Shown: piece by piece, positions 50,589-61,460 of the stretch
How positions within the stretch are numbered: position 1 is the first letter of the stretch
Layout of the letters: each line of letters starts with the position of its first letter
IMG/VR virus record: IMGVR_UViG_3300023223_000769
Span: 1,340-65,339 of that record
Reading direction: 5' to 3' (one strand)
From: a virus
Lineage: Duplodnaviria > Caudoviricetes
Length of the DNA: 64,000 nucleotides
Notes under the pieces: model-generated
Database searches by the model: none
The model's input: the letters and a program-made list of their open reading frames with translations, nothing else
Told to the model about the DNA's origin: nothing
Made by a program: the position numbers and the translations under genes

Positions 50589-51025
50589 TGCAAATCGATT
50601 TAGTAGATTTTTATAAAAACGCAATACAATACACGCACGTAAACGAAGCTGATCTAGAAGGTCAAATGGCTACGTGTTCCTCTTATGCTTACACAGCCGG
50701 TGCCGGTTCTGTTGACGCTGAGATTAGATATGAACGTGCAGTTAAGATACGAGAGAAAAAAGAAGCGGAACTCATGAAAGATATTATGAAGGAAGCAGAT
50801 GGTAAGAAGTGGAAGTCAGTATCAGAACTAAAGATGTTGTTTAGAGAAGATGAACAATGGGACAAATTAAAAGAAGAGGAGTTGAATAAATATGCTATAT
50901 GGAAAAAGTTAACGAAACTAGCTAACGCATTTGAGATTAAAGCGAAGATGCTAATGAGTTTAAATCGTAGACAGTTAGCTAAACTCGAAAAAGGCATCCG
51001 AAGTGATTTTGAGACTGAAGGATAG
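50588..51025 (+). CDS. UvsY-like recombination mediator
   Basis: helical 145 aa protein next to SSB and RecA; AFEIKAKMLMSL. Confidence 0.55.
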   Translation: MQIDLVDFYKNAIQYTHVNEADLEGQMATCSSYAYTAGAGSVDAEIRYERAVKIREKKEAELMKDIMKEADGKKWKSVSELKMLFREDEQWDKLKEEELNKYAIWKKLTKLANAFEIKAKMLMSLNRRQLAKLEKGIRSDFETEG

Positions 51026-51057
51026 TACGAAAAAAATTTAATAAGGAGGAAAAGATT

Positions 51058-51945
51058 ATGTACTATAAATACAACGCAGATGCTGCAAAGGCTATGCGAC
51101 CAGAGGGGAATTCTTATATTAAGAATGTACCTCAAGAAAAGCAATTTTCACCAAAGGCAGATTCTAAACACCGAATTAGAATTATGCCTCCTTGGAGTAA
51201 GGTAGGAGTGATCTTCAAACATATGAAGATGCACTACAGGGTAGGTCAAGGTCAAACGACCTTCCTATGCCCGGATAATTTTGGCGAACAGTGTCCATTT
51301 TGCCAAACACATGCACTCCTAAGAAAGGAATACGAGAAGTTCAAACCTGATGTGGACGCAGCAAGACCGGCCAACCGATATTGGTCCAATATTGTGTTTA
51401 TGGAAAATAAGGAACGTGGAGTCCAGGTATACAGTTATGGTTGGACTGTATACAAGATGATCTATGAGATTCAGGATAGTGGAATGTATGGTGACATTTC
51501 AGATCCTACGTCTGGTAAGGATCTTTTGTTAACTAGAACTGGTTCCGGTAGACAGGCACGAGATGCCATCTATGCTGATCCACAGACAAGCAAACTTGAA
51601 AATCCTAAGTGGCTCGACCAGATTTTTGATCTGGACACAATTTTTATTCAACCAGATCTAGAGGCAGTTAATGCTGCTTTCAAAAGCCAGCCTTGGAAAG
51701 TTTATACACCACCGGAACAGAGAGTGGCTGCTCAAGCTGTAGGGGAACAATTAAGTGAACCTGCTGCACAGCCAGGATCTGAAATCCCGCCTCCGGCTGA
51801 TGAAACACAGACAGAGGCTCCTGCTCCTGTCCAGGAGGAAAAGGTCGCTGATACTCCTGAGGGAAAAGCACTCGATCCAATGGAAGAGATCGATAAGTTG
51901 GAGAAGGAACTTGCTGAACAAGAGGCGGCTAAGAAAAAGAAGTAA
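51058..51945 (+). CDS. single-stranded DNA-binding protein (gp32-like)
   Basis: RIRIMPP, H...C...CPFC zinc site, DISDP..GKDL, acidic Pro-rich tail. Confidence 0.8.
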   Translation: MYYKYNADAAKAMRPEGNSYIKNVPQEKQFSPKADSKHRIRIMPPWSKVGVIFKHMKMHYRVGQGQTTFLCPDNFGEQCPFCQTHALLRKEYEKFKPDVDAARPANRYWSNIVFMENKERGVQVYSYGWTVYKMIYEIQDSGMYGDISDPTSGKDLLLTRTGSGRQARDAIYADPQTSKLENPKWLDQIFDLDTIFIQPDLEAVNAAFKSQPWKVYTPPEQRVAAQAVGEQLSEPAAQPGSEIPPPADETQTEAPAPVQEEKVADTPEGKALDPMEEIDKLEKELAEQEAAKKKK

Positions 51946-52274
51946 ACAATCGGGTCCATTACCTAAGTCGGCTAAATGACCGGTAAGCAGGTGACCCTAT
52001 GTGGGGGCCAATCTCTTGGCCCCCATTTACTTAAGGAGGTTCCAATGTCCGATTATGTAAATGAAGAGAGACATAAACAGAGAATAAACTGGTTTTGGTC
52101 TGTTGTTGGTGGACTATGTGCATTAGTCTTTGTCTTTGCTATTTCAAGTTGGATTGATAACGTGCATGAAGAGTGGATGAGATGCTACGCATTGCAAGAA
52201 AAGCTTGCATCAATCTCAACAGAGAAAGACAAATATGCTTCCAGCAGTAGATACTATTGTGATTAGGAGGAATT

Positions 52275-53306
52275 ATGGCCGAGAAGAAAAACATGGCTAC
52301 TCTGCTTGCAGATGCCATAAATAAACAGTTTAAAACTGAAGAGATCAATTTCGATACTGCATTTACTTTAGATGAGATATTCTCACCAGAAGAAATGGGA
52401 TTTATACCTACCGGTAATCTCGCCTTGGACTTTTGTATCGGTAAGCCTGGTTTCCCTGCGGGACGTGTACTGGAACTAGCAGGACCCTATGGCAGTGCCA
52501 AGTCTACCGTTATAGCTGGCGCAATCGCTGCTGCTCAGAAAGTAGGAATTCATTGTGTGCTACATGACACTGAGTTTTCATATTCTGCTAAGTGGGCAAA
52601 GTTGCATGGCATAGATCCAGCAAATCTTACTCTGCTTCATCCAATACATTTGCAAGATGTTTTCGATAAAATAGTATTCATATTGGATAAAATAGCAGTA
52701 GAAAATAAAGGAAAGATGCCTGAGAAGCCCACACTCATAGCAGTAGATAGTCTTTCTATTGGGGCGGCTGAAGAGATGGAAGAGGAAGATTCCACTTCAG
52801 GAAAACAACGTGGTCTACATGCAAAGATTATTGCTCTTGGTCTTCGTAAGATTATAGGACGTGCATATAGGACTAGAGCATCTATAGTTTTCATATCACA
52901 GCTTAAGGATAATCCAGGAATGCTGCATGGTGCTAATCAATCGAAACTTGGTGGTCATGCAATAGAATTCCAGGGAGGTATTTTACTTGAAATCAAACGA
53001 AGAACTTATCTTAAAGATCCTGCTTCGCCTAAACCCTATGGTATGACAGTCGCTATTAAAGCAATTAAGAATAAGTTCGTGGAGCCTTTCCGGGAGAGAA
53101 CATTTGATATCATCTTCAGTGAAGGTATTCGACCAAAGGAAATCTTTGTAGATTTCTTGGATGATCCATTAAAAGAGATTAGTAAATCTGGTGGATGGTT
53201 CGACTACAAAGGAAGTAAATACAGAAAATCAGATCTAGCTGAGAAATTAGGACCAGAGGAGATTAAAGGTATTTATGAAAAGCTAGGTCTATTGGAGGAA
53301 GGATGA
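52275..53306 (+). CDS. recA: RecA/UvsX recombinase
   Basis: PTG..ALD..G.PAGRV.E..GPYGSAKST, DTE, VDS, ISQ, GG.A..F, KNK..PFR. Confidence 0.93.
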   Translation: MAEKKNMATLLADAINKQFKTEEINFDTAFTLDEIFSPEEMGFIPTGNLALDFCIGKPGFPAGRVLELAGPYGSAKSTVIAGAIAAAQKVGIHCVLHDTEFSYSAKWAKLHGIDPANLTLLHPIHLQDVFDKIVFILDKIAVENKGKMPEKPTLIAVDSLSIGAAEEMEEEDSTSGKQRGLHAKIIALGLRKIIGRAYRTRASIVFISQLKDNPGMLHGANQSKLGGHAIEFQGGILLEIKRRTYLKDPASPKPYGMTVAIKAIKNKFVEPFRERTFDIIFSEGIRPKEIFVDFLDDPLKEISKSGGWFDYKGSKYRKSDLAEKLGPEEIKGIYEKLGLLEEG

Positions 53307-53762
53307 GATTTGCAATATTGTTTGCTGGTTTTCTAATTGCATTATCCATTGATGCAGAAGCTTTGTGGGCTAATTTTAGTTTTTGGTTTATTTATCCAAC
53401 ATTATTTCTTATGCTTTACCTTGACATTCTTACGTTATCCTTCGATAATGTAGACCAGTTGAAGAAGTTTGTAGAGGAGAACAAAAAGAAGACTAGTGAT
53501 ATTCCTCCTCCAAGGCCCCCAAACGTAACTCAATGAAAGGATCTGATATGTATGTTAAGGAATCCAAAGGTTGGTGAGAGGGTACGTGTGATGCAGAATC
53601 ACAGGTGGATGAAAAGTGAATCAGGCGTTATAAAAGAAATTGAGCATAGAATTGGAAACAATATAATTGTTAAGTTTGACCGGGATCTTCTAGGAATGTA
53701 TCACGATGAGGATGGTGATGCGGTACTTAGACTTAGCGAAACCGATCTAGAAAGGAATTAAC

Positions 53763-54311
53763 ATGTTAGATGCTGATGAAATAGGTCGAGAGAGACAAGC
53801 TGTACATAGTGAAAGTAAAAATCGTAGACTATATGAGGATACAACCGTAGAGCATAGAAGGGGCGCACACGGAGAAAAAGAGTTTGTCGATGAATTTGGT
53901 TATCCATTGGATCGAAGAAAACGTAAAAGTGGAGATGATGGTTTCGATTTTGTAACAGCCATGGGTTTAATCGATGTTAAAGCATCCATAGTTCCATCAT
54001 TAGCAGTAAAAACATATGAAATTCACAGGCGAGTAGATATTTATGTTTTTGCTCATTATAATGAAATAACCAAAACTGCTAAATTTCTTGGATGGGAATA
54101 TCCAGAAGAAATGATAAAATGTCCGATTGAAGATCTTCCATATGGTCCGTGTTATGTCAAACCCGCACATGCCTTAAAATCAATGGAACATTTCAGAATT
54201 ATCATGGACCGTGTAGAAAAAAGTCGATCCGAATTAACTGCTAAACTAAAAGTAGCAAATTGGCCTGAGGTAATTTATATATGGGAGGATTGGCTTCATG
54301 GCAAAATTTGA
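53763..54311 (+). CDS. PD-(D/E)XK-like hypothetical nuclease
   Basis: G..GE, GDDGFDF, IDVK. Confidence 0.55.
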   Translation: MLDADEIGRERQAVHSESKNRRLYEDTTVEHRRGAHGEKEFVDEFGYPLDRRKRKSGDDGFDFVTAMGLIDVKASIVPSLAVKTYEIHRRVDIYVFAHYNEITKTAKFLGWEYPEEMIKCPIEDLPYGPCYVKPAHALKSMEHFRIIMDRVEKSRSELTAKLKVANWPEVIYIWEDWLHGKI

Positions 54312-54852
54312 TTTACCTACCGGAGCAGATTACGAAAAGCAAAACCTGCCTCCCGATGTTCGTGCCAAGATAAATAAACGTAGCTCACAAAAGGGTGGTG
54401 CGTATGAACGTGATATAGGTAAAAAGATAGCGGCGTATCACAATATGGAATGGACACAGGCTTTTCTTAAAACAAAAAGAACTACCGGGGGGCAACCCCA
54501 TGGGGACTTAATGCCCATCATGGAGATGTATGATATTTGGAGAGCAGCCGGTCTTGGTCCCGTTGAATGTAAGAATAGAAAAGAATGGGCCTTCAATGAG
54601 ATATTTAAAAGGCCCAACACCTGTACCCTTTTTAAATATTGGCTGAAGTCCAACGAGGATTGCAGCAGTGACAATTCTATTATTTTCTTTACTAAGCCTG
54701 GACTCATAGATTATGTCCTTCTCCGGGAAGATGGAGGTCTGATCTCTGCCCCCGGTATTCTTTTTTCTGCTATAGATCCTAAGACAGACATAACATATTC
54801 CTTTAAAATCATTACCTTAGATCGATTCCTTACCTCTACTTGGGTTAGGTAA
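54298..54852 (+). CDS. Holliday junction resolvase-like PD-(D/E)XK nuclease
   Basis: S..KG..YER, GDL, VECK. Confidence 0.7.
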   Translation: MAKFDLPTGADYEKQNLPPDVRAKINKRSSQKGGAYERDIGKKIAAYHNMEWTQAFLKTKRTTGGQPHGDLMPIMEMYDIWRAAGLGPVECKNRKEWAFNEIFKRPNTCTLFKYWLKSNEDCSSDNSIIFFTKPGLIDYVLLREDGGLISAPGILFSAIDPKTDITYSFKIITLDRFLTSTWVR

Positions 54853-54867
54853 TTACATGACAATCTG

Positions 54868-54895
54868 TTGACTTATTGTAATGCTATGCTAGATT
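54868..54895 (+). promoter_or_regulatory. sigma-70-type promoter for the packaging genes
   Basis: TTGACT-N16-TAGATT with extended TG. Confidence 0.45.
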
Positions 54896-54901
54896 CATCG
54901 T

Positions 54902-55549
54902 ATGGGTCGTACCAAAGATGTCTTCAACAGAAACAAAGCCTACCATCTTTACGCCAAATCTAGGAATGTTACCAGGGTTTCCGAAGAGCTTGATATTCCG
55001 GGACCTACCTTATTTGTCTGGAAAAGAGAAGATCGATGGGATGAACGAATTAAAGAGGTAGAGGTTTCACTCCAAGATAAGATAACTAATTCGGATGAGG
55101 CTTCCGAAGATAATGAGGCCATAACTAGTTTAACTAAATCCCTAGCCGAGCAGATCAACTCCCTCAACCTGATGGATCAAACCGCCGATGCTGCGGTTGC
55201 CGGGAACTTCAAAGACGTTTCCCTCCAACAGGTAATCAAAATAAAAGAATTCACTTCGAAACAAAGAATAACTCTTCTTCGTGAACTAAAAAGTGGCGAG
55301 AAAGAGAAGAAAGACGCAGGTGCGTCTAAAGTTCTTGATACCCAAGATCTTGAAGAGAAAAAAGCAGAATGTCGAGAACTTAAGAAAATATTAGATCGGT
55401 TAGATCCAGAATGGGATAAGGATGAAGAGGTCCCAGATGTATTAAACATGCCGGAGGCACCGAAGGTATCAGTGGTAGCGAAGGTAACAGAGGTGACAAA
55501 ACCTGAATTCGAATTTACTGATGATGGAAACACAAGAACTACAGAATAA
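54902..55549 (+). CDS. terminase small subunit
   Basis: N-terminal HTH (VSEELDIPGPTLFVWKREDRW); directly upstream of TerL. Confidence 0.7.
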   Translation: MGRTKDVFNRNKAYHLYAKSRNVTRVSEELDIPGPTLFVWKREDRWDERIKEVEVSLQDKITNSDEASEDNEAITSLTKSLAEQINSLNLMDQTADAAVAGNFKDVSLQQVIKIKEFTSKQRITLLRELKSGEKEKKDAGASKVLDTQDLEEKKAECRELKKILDRLDPEWDKDEEVPDVLNMPEAPKVSVVAKVTEVTKPEFEFTDDGNTRTTE

Positions 55550-56990
55550 ATACGAAGCATATTCCAGATTCGGTATGAGTCTTAAGGACGTGATCATTGA
55601 GAAATGTAGGGTAGATCCTAAATTTTTTATTGACTATGTTTTCAAGTATACCAGTGTGAAGATGCATCATAATTGGCAGAATTTCATCGATAATTCAGAT
55701 AGTGGTTTACTTTTAGCTCCCCGGAATCACGGCAAGACAGAACAGATAACGATAGGTAGGGTTTTGTGGTGGATTGGCAAAGATCCAAATGTACGAATAA
55801 AGATAGCTTGCGAGGCTGAAGATCTTGCAAAGAAAATCCTATCAAGAATCTCAGCCACTATACTTAAGAATAAAAGATTCAAAGAAATATTCCCCCGTTG
55901 CGTTCCGTCAGATATCGGTTCCTGGACTAAGTTTGATTTAACAGTCGAACGGGAAGAGGACCATAAAGATCCCACCCTTGAAGCTGCTGGCGTTTTGTCC
56001 TCTGCAACCGGTGGGCGTATGGACAAACTTATATTTGATGACGTGACCGGTTACAGAAATACTATTCAATTTCCAAGAATGCGTAAACAGGTTAAGGAAG
56101 CTGTTTATAATACTTGGTTGAATATGCTAGAACCTGATGGCGTGTGGTATATGGTAGGTACGCCATGGCATGAAGATGATGTTATTTGGGAAATTAAAAA
56201 TAATGAGTCGATAGCTAAAGGTCCTATTTATGTAGTCGATGAACATTTCAATTCTCCCTGGCCAGAGAAATGTACAGTAGATTTTTTAAAGAAAAAGCTT
56301 AGATTAATTAAGCTAAGAGCCTACAACAGGGCTTATCGTTTGCAGCCTATGGCTGACGATGAGAAGTGGGTGAACCCTACAGTTATCGATGCTTGTAAAG
56401 ATAGAGAACTTAAAGTAATTGACGTTAAAAATAATACCGAATATATCAAATATACGGGAGTTGACCTTGGTCACCGAGAGGGAGAGGATGCTGCACCCTC
56501 AGTTATATTTACAATTGCTCGTACCCCATCCGGTAAACGGATACCTTGCGACATTCGGATATCCCATGCAGGTTCGCCTTTGGAGATAGGCCGTGTTATA
56601 ATAGATGTTTACAAAGAGCTAAAACCTGCTAAAATCATGGTAGAAAATGTGGGGGCGCAAAAATGGCTTGTGGAGCTACTTAAATCAATGGGGCCGACAG
56701 GCCTACCAATTGAAGGCTACTTTACTGGCATTCAAAAAATGAGTATCGAAAACGGGGTGCCTTCCCTTCTAGCAGAATTTGAAACCGGAGCATGGGTCAT
56801 TCCTTTTGGAGCCGGGGGAACACACGATGAAGCTTGTGAGTGTAATTATTGCAGATGGATAAAAGAGATTAAAGGTTTTCCTCTTGGAGGCTACGACACA
56901 CTTATGGCAAGCTGGTTTGCACTAGAGGGATTGAGGAAAGTAGCGGAACGAGGAAATTATCAAGGAAATTTTAGTGTATGGAAATGGTGA
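55521..56990 (+). CDS. terminase large subunit
   Basis: APRNHGKT, LIFDD, GTPWHEDD, GVDLG, D.LMA.WFA. Confidence 0.93.
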   Translation: MMETQELQNKYEAYSRFGMSLKDVIIEKCRVDPKFFIDYVFKYTSVKMHHNWQNFIDNSDSGLLLAPRNHGKTEQITIGRVLWWIGKDPNVRIKIACEAEDLAKKILSRISATILKNKRFKEIFPRCVPSDIGSWTKFDLTVEREEDHKDPTLEAAGVLSSATGGRMDKLIFDDVTGYRNTIQFPRMRKQVKEAVYNTWLNMLEPDGVWYMVGTPWHEDDVIWEIKNNESIAKGPIYVVDEHFNSPWPEKCTVDFLKKKLRLIKLRAYNRAYRLQPMADDEKWVNPTVIDACKDRELKVIDVKNNTEYIKYTGVDLGHREGEDAAPSVIFTIARTPSGKRIPCDIRISHAGSPLEIGRVIIDVYKELKPAKIMVENVGAQKWLVELLKSMGPTGLPIEGYFTGIQKMSIENGVPSLLAEFETGAWVIPFGAGGTHDEACECNYCRWIKEIKGFPLGGYDTLMASWFALEGLRKVAERGNYQGNFSVWKW

Positions 56991-56994
56991 TTTA

Positions 56995-58467
56995 ATGCCA
57001 ACATATGATTTAAATGGAAATAGAATCTCTGATGGTGTTCCTAGTAATACAACCATTAAGAAGGGTATCGATAATTTCGAAAAATCAACAGGAAGACTTG
57101 CGACACACGATCCATCAAGGTTCAGTGAGATGGGTTTTCATCTTATTCATCCCTCCCAAATAGGTAGAATAAATTTTCATCTTTTAAGACATCTCTATGC
57201 AAATTCATCTGCCGTAAGACCGGCTGTAGATGGCATCACAAGACAGGTAGCGCATTTACCTTGGACTATTCTTCATAAGGATATGCAATATCATCCTGCG
57301 GCAGAATCTGCTCGTATTCAGGAATTCTTTGAGTTTCCAAACTCTGACAATGAGGATCTCACTACTGTTCTATCAAAATATCTTCACGACATGTTGGTTA
57401 TTGGTAAAGGGGCGATTGAAAAAGTTCGAAATATTAATGGTAAGATCGTAGAGTTAGTTGCTAGGGATGCATCCGTTATCAGGCCTCAGATTGATAGGTT
57501 TGGTAATACCATTGGATATGAAGAGTTACGAAGACACTCCAATACGGTTATTCGTGTACATGATAAGAAAGATTTTATTTATCGTGCTTTTACTCCTAAT
57601 AGTTACCACCTAGGGACGATTCCTATTATTGAAACAATTGTTAACGAAGTAGCTCTATTGATGCTTTCTGTTAAAGCAATAGGTTGGGCATTTACTAGAG
57701 GGGAAGTTCCACCAGGGGTATTACATCTAGGAGATATAGGAAAAGAAGCATTAGAAAGAGCGCAAGCTAGTTTTGAAGCTTCTGCTGGTTTACAGGGCGA
57801 AAATAAAATACGTGTGGTCGATAATGTAGATGAAGTAAACTGGGTACAATTCACAAAACCATTTAGAGAAATGCAAGTAGCCGAGTTGATGCCTATCATT
57901 GAACGTATCGTAGCTAGGAACTTTGGTTTATCTTCAGTAGAATCTAGCCTCAGTGACGTTGCTGCTCGTAGTGCTGACGTATCCATCAGGCAAAGTAATT
58001 CTAGATTAATTATTCCTCTGTCTAAATTAATAGCGTTTGATATGAACACGGTTGTACGGGAATTTGATTCAGCACAACAATTTAAGTTTATAGGTGGACC
58101 ACAGGAACAGTTTAAAGAAAAAACTATTGGTCTTATTTCTCTGTGGAGAACAGGTATCTATTCGAAAAATGAAGTTAGAGATGAATTAGGTAAACGTCCA
58201 GTAAAAGGAGGGGACCAAAGAACAGTTCTATTGGGAAATGAAGTTGTACCTATTGATGATGAGGGAAAACCTATAAAAGTTCTAACGCCTCCAAGACCGG
58301 ATTTTACTCCCGGAGGTAATCCTCCACCCCCACAAGGCCCTACTCCCCCGCAGCAACAGCAAGCTAGTATTGAAAAGGAGTTAGAAGATCCCTTTTTCGA
58401 TGATGAGGATGTTGATGACATTTTCGATCTCACAGAAGATGAAAAAGAGGATCTAGCGTGGAAGTAA
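56995..58467 (+). CDS. portal protein
   Basis: follows TerL; FEFPN, P.GVL, NEVR.ELG..P..GGD. Confidence 0.9.
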   Translation: MPTYDLNGNRISDGVPSNTTIKKGIDNFEKSTGRLATHDPSRFSEMGFHLIHPSQIGRINFHLLRHLYANSSAVRPAVDGITRQVAHLPWTILHKDMQYHPAAESARIQEFFEFPNSDNEDLTTVLSKYLHDMLVIGKGAIEKVRNINGKIVELVARDASVIRPQIDRFGNTIGYEELRRHSNTVIRVHDKKDFIYRAFTPNSYHLGTIPIIETIVNEVALLMLSVKAIGWAFTRGEVPPGVLHLGDIGKEALERAQASFEASAGLQGENKIRVVDNVDEVNWVQFTKPFREMQVAELMPIIERIVARNFGLSSVESSLSDVAARSADVSIRQSNSRLIIPLSKLIAFDMNTVVREFDSAQQFKFIGGPQEQFKEKTIGLISLWRTGIYSKNEVRDELGKRPVKGGDQRTVLLGNEVVPIDDEGKPIKVLTPPRPDFTPGGNPPPPQGPTPPQQQQASIEKELEDPFFDDEDVDDIFDLTEDEKEDLAWK

Positions 58468-61034
58468 TTAAAAGAGAAACATTAGGTGATTTCGATGAGT
58501 CTGATGGGCTTGGTAGGCCTAAAGCGAAACAAAGCAAACCGTTAGCAGATACACCTAAACTAAGAAGGCCCAAAGTCGGTTCACCTGCCTTTCTTCCTGA
58601 AGATGAGAGAAAATCATACGATGAAATACATGGATTGCGAGAACAATTTCTACGTAGATTAAAATCAACTTGGAATGAATTCAAAAAAAAATACATAGCT
58701 ACTTTCGATAAGCAAGTTACCAGAGAACAGCGTTCATTATTTAATGAGCTATTGGAAGATTTTAATGGGATTGCAGAGGATTCTTTTACAAAAGGAGTTC
58801 GTGCTGGTAACAGATATTACGAAGATCAATTTAGTTCTAAAGGATTATCTCCTGTCCAAGAGCGTAGAGTAGTTAGACAACATGCTAAGGTTTTTAGGGA
58901 TAGATCAAAAATATTATTTCGAGATGATGTTTCTGAACAAGTAAATGAGGCATCATCAATTGGAGAGGCGGCATTAGTTCTTAATGGTTTTGATAAGTTC
59001 TTGAACGGATATGCTAACGTTGTAGGAGCTATAGCTTATGATGTTTTTGCTAGAAGTATAAGTACTTTAAATGCAGGATTATTTGAGGCTTTTAGTGCAG
59101 CAGGTGAGATCTTCCCGACAGAAGCTGTTAAAGTAGAGTGGGTATTATTTGATGACGCTGAACATTCTTCCGATTGTTTAATATTGGCCGAGGGGGAAGA
59201 TAGGGATGGTAGTGGCTTGTGGGATGCTAAAGCCTTAAGTGAAACAGGTTTAGTGCCAAGATCACCTAATCTAGATTGCGGTGGAAATTGCAGATGCCAT
59301 CTATCCCCGGTTGTCCCGTTAGCAGCAGATGCAGCCATGTGGTTAGACAGGATAAGTATTGCACCTATAATAAAAGATACATTAGCAACAGCTACAAACA
59401 CATCAGAGATAGGTTTGTTGAATCTCTTTCAAACAAAAAACTTTAATATACCCTCAAGAATAGCTGACGATATAGTTAGGCGACCATCGTTTCGTAGAAA
59501 AGAATTTTTTAATCAATTAGAAGGTGTTAATTTTCAAGTTGTACGGGGTCGTAGCTTTGCCGTTGGTGGGAAAACTAGATTTGCTGGCACTATACGGGAT
59601 ACTAAAGTTAGATCTATTGATATGACTATACGGTTAGGTCCAGGGCAAGAATTAAGTACTCTAACCCAAAGTCAGTTAGACGAAATCACTCAAGTCTTTG
59701 CTCACGAAGTCGGACATACATTTGCATCCACGGCCCCCACAGTGTCGAAACTTGGATTTGGACTACATGGCCAACGTGCAGCAGATGATATAATGAAGAT
59801 AGCTGGAAAGGAAAGAAAGGTAGCCTTACAACAAATTGAAAATAATTTTAATAATGTAGTAAATCGTATGTCTCAGGCACAGAAAGTTGAGAATGGTGGT
59901 GCTATTGTTGAGTTCCAACGTTTCTTACGGAATCCAGATGGTTTCATGGACGATCTTTTTAGATCCGTTCATAGAGGGGAAACATTTGGAGGAATAGATG
60001 CTGAAAGAGCATATCAAATATTAAATAGAACTATAACTGAATATTCTACAGGTACAAATTTAGTTCGTGGTTATCAGTTATGGGACAGAGGAGAATACTT
60101 TGCTGATTGGTTTTCCCTATTAATGGTTGATCCAGCCAAAGCTGCATTATTTAATCCCAATTTAAATAAAGCTATGGCTAGTAAATTTCCCTCATTTTTT
60201 ACAAAGATATCGGCAAGTAGAGCAAAACAAGTTATACCAGATGCCGTGGCCGCTTCCATGAGAGTTGATTTGCCCCTAGCATCTGCATTCCAACCTGTTG
60301 CGCCTAACTTAGAATCAATAGGTTCTGCGGCGGTTAAATTTAGAACAGCAACGAGTAGAGTGTCCAACTCCACTGTCCAGCGTCAGGTTGCAAAAACAAT
60401 ACGAGACAATCCTAGTTTACATCGTCAAGAATTTTATAGGGGATTAAAAGTTCGATACATAGACAAATTGCAAACAGGGCGCAGAACAGGATCTAGAAAA
60501 AACATAGCATTTTTTGAAAATGATCAGTTTTTTATTAATTATGATAAGTGGAGAATATTGCCAGATGAGGGTAAGGCTACTATTGTGAGTGATGTTATAT
60601 CTAGACACGTATGGAACACTGCAAAGAGTCCTGTTAGAACTAGAATGAGAGATGCCTATTCTGATTATCTAGGCAGGTCAATTGACTTTATGGCTAATAA
60701 AGCCGATATTCAAAGTCTGTCTCGTAGACCAATTGAAAATGTGCGAGATGTCGTTCTAGGAAATAGATCGAAAGGTATACCTAAAAATCTTGGTTTTTGG
60801 GGTAGAAATTTTGATGCGATTAGGCCAACTATCGAAAAAGTGTCAGATTTGCCGATATTAAATGTCGATAGTCTAGCAAGTCCACAGGCATTCTGGTCAG
60901 AGTGGTTTAAGTCATATGTAACACATCCCGGATTTGCTAACAACTATGCTCCAGAATTTAAAGATATATTAGAGGATTTCTTAAGAACAAGTCCTCTTGG
61001 AAAGTTTTTTAGTTTTATGAAGGAGAGAGTATAA
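58458..61034 (+). CDS. MuF/gp7-like minor head protein with zinc-metallopeptidase extension
   Basis: follows portal; W...H..DC and P...CGGNCRC; then FAHEVGH and GEYFADWF. Confidence 0.75.
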   Translation: MEVIKRETLGDFDESDGLGRPKAKQSKPLADTPKLRRPKVGSPAFLPEDERKSYDEIHGLREQFLRRLKSTWNEFKKKYIATFDKQVTREQRSLFNELLEDFNGIAEDSFTKGVRAGNRYYEDQFSSKGLSPVQERRVVRQHAKVFRDRSKILFRDDVSEQVNEASSIGEAALVLNGFDKFLNGYANVVGAIAYDVFARSISTLNAGLFEAFSAAGEIFPTEAVKVEWVLFDDAEHSSDCLILAEGEDRDGSGLWDAKALSETGLVPRSPNLDCGGNCRCHLSPVVPLAADAAMWLDRISIAPIIKDTLATATNTSEIGLLNLFQTKNFNIPSRIADDIVRRPSFRRKEFFNQLEGVNFQVVRGRSFAVGGKTRFAGTIRDTKVRSIDMTIRLGPGQELSTLTQSQLDEITQVFAHEVGHTFASTAPTVSKLGFGLHGQRAADDIMKIAGKERKVALQQIENNFNNVVNRMSQAQKVENGGAIVEFQRFLRNPDGFMDDLFRSVHRGETFGGIDAERAYQILNRTITEYSTGTNLVRGYQLWDRGEYFADWFSLLMVDPAKAALFNPNLNKAMASKFPSFFTKISASRAKQVIPDAVAASMRVDLPLASAFQPVAPNLESIGSAAVKFRTATSRVSNSTVQRQVAKTIRDNPSLHRQEFYRGLKVRYIDKLQTGRRTGSRKNIAFFENDQFFINYDKWRILPDEGKATIVSDVISRHVWNTAKSPVRTRMRDAYSDYLGRSIDFMANKADIQSLSRRPIENVRDVVLGNRSKGIPKNLGFWGRNFDAIRPTIEKVSDLPILNVDSLASPQAFWSEWFKSYVTHPGFANNYAPEFKDILEDFLRTSPLGKFFSFMKERV

Positions 61035-61414
61035 TGGCTACAGAAACAGAACAAGCGAGACTATTAAGAGCCTTCACTCAGATAAGTGAAACTTTTGGTG
61101 TGGCTAGAAAAGGTATAATAGTTACTACCACGGGTACCAGAGTCGGTACATGGAATTGGACCAAATCAGCAATACTAATAAATCCACAAGATGATACGTT
61201 CAAGGGACTCGTTCGTAGATTTTCTAAAAATGGTGTCTTCGTTAGACAACCCGCAAAGGATGATCTTGATGCACCTATCGATGATGAGTTTCCAGGGGAC
61301 AATTCAGTGTTAGTATCTAAGGCGTTGAGCAGACTAACACCAGGAGAATTGGATCATGCTCTCAAAAGAGAAGGTTATTTTTTAGTGGATCTAGATGTGC
61401 CAGTAGGTGAATAA
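61034..61414 (+). CDS. hypothetical protein coupled to the MuF-like gene
   Basis: TAATG stop/start overlap; AAGGAG RBS. Confidence 0.7.
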   Translation: MATETEQARLLRAFTQISETFGVARKGIIVTTTGTRVGTWNWTKSAILINPQDDTFKGLVRRFSKNGVFVRQPAKDDLDAPIDDEFPGDNSVLVSKALSRLTPGELDHALKREGYFLVDLDVPVGE

Positions 61415-61460
61415 GCTATTGCAAAGATTAACTTATGTAGTATAGTTAGGATGATATTCA

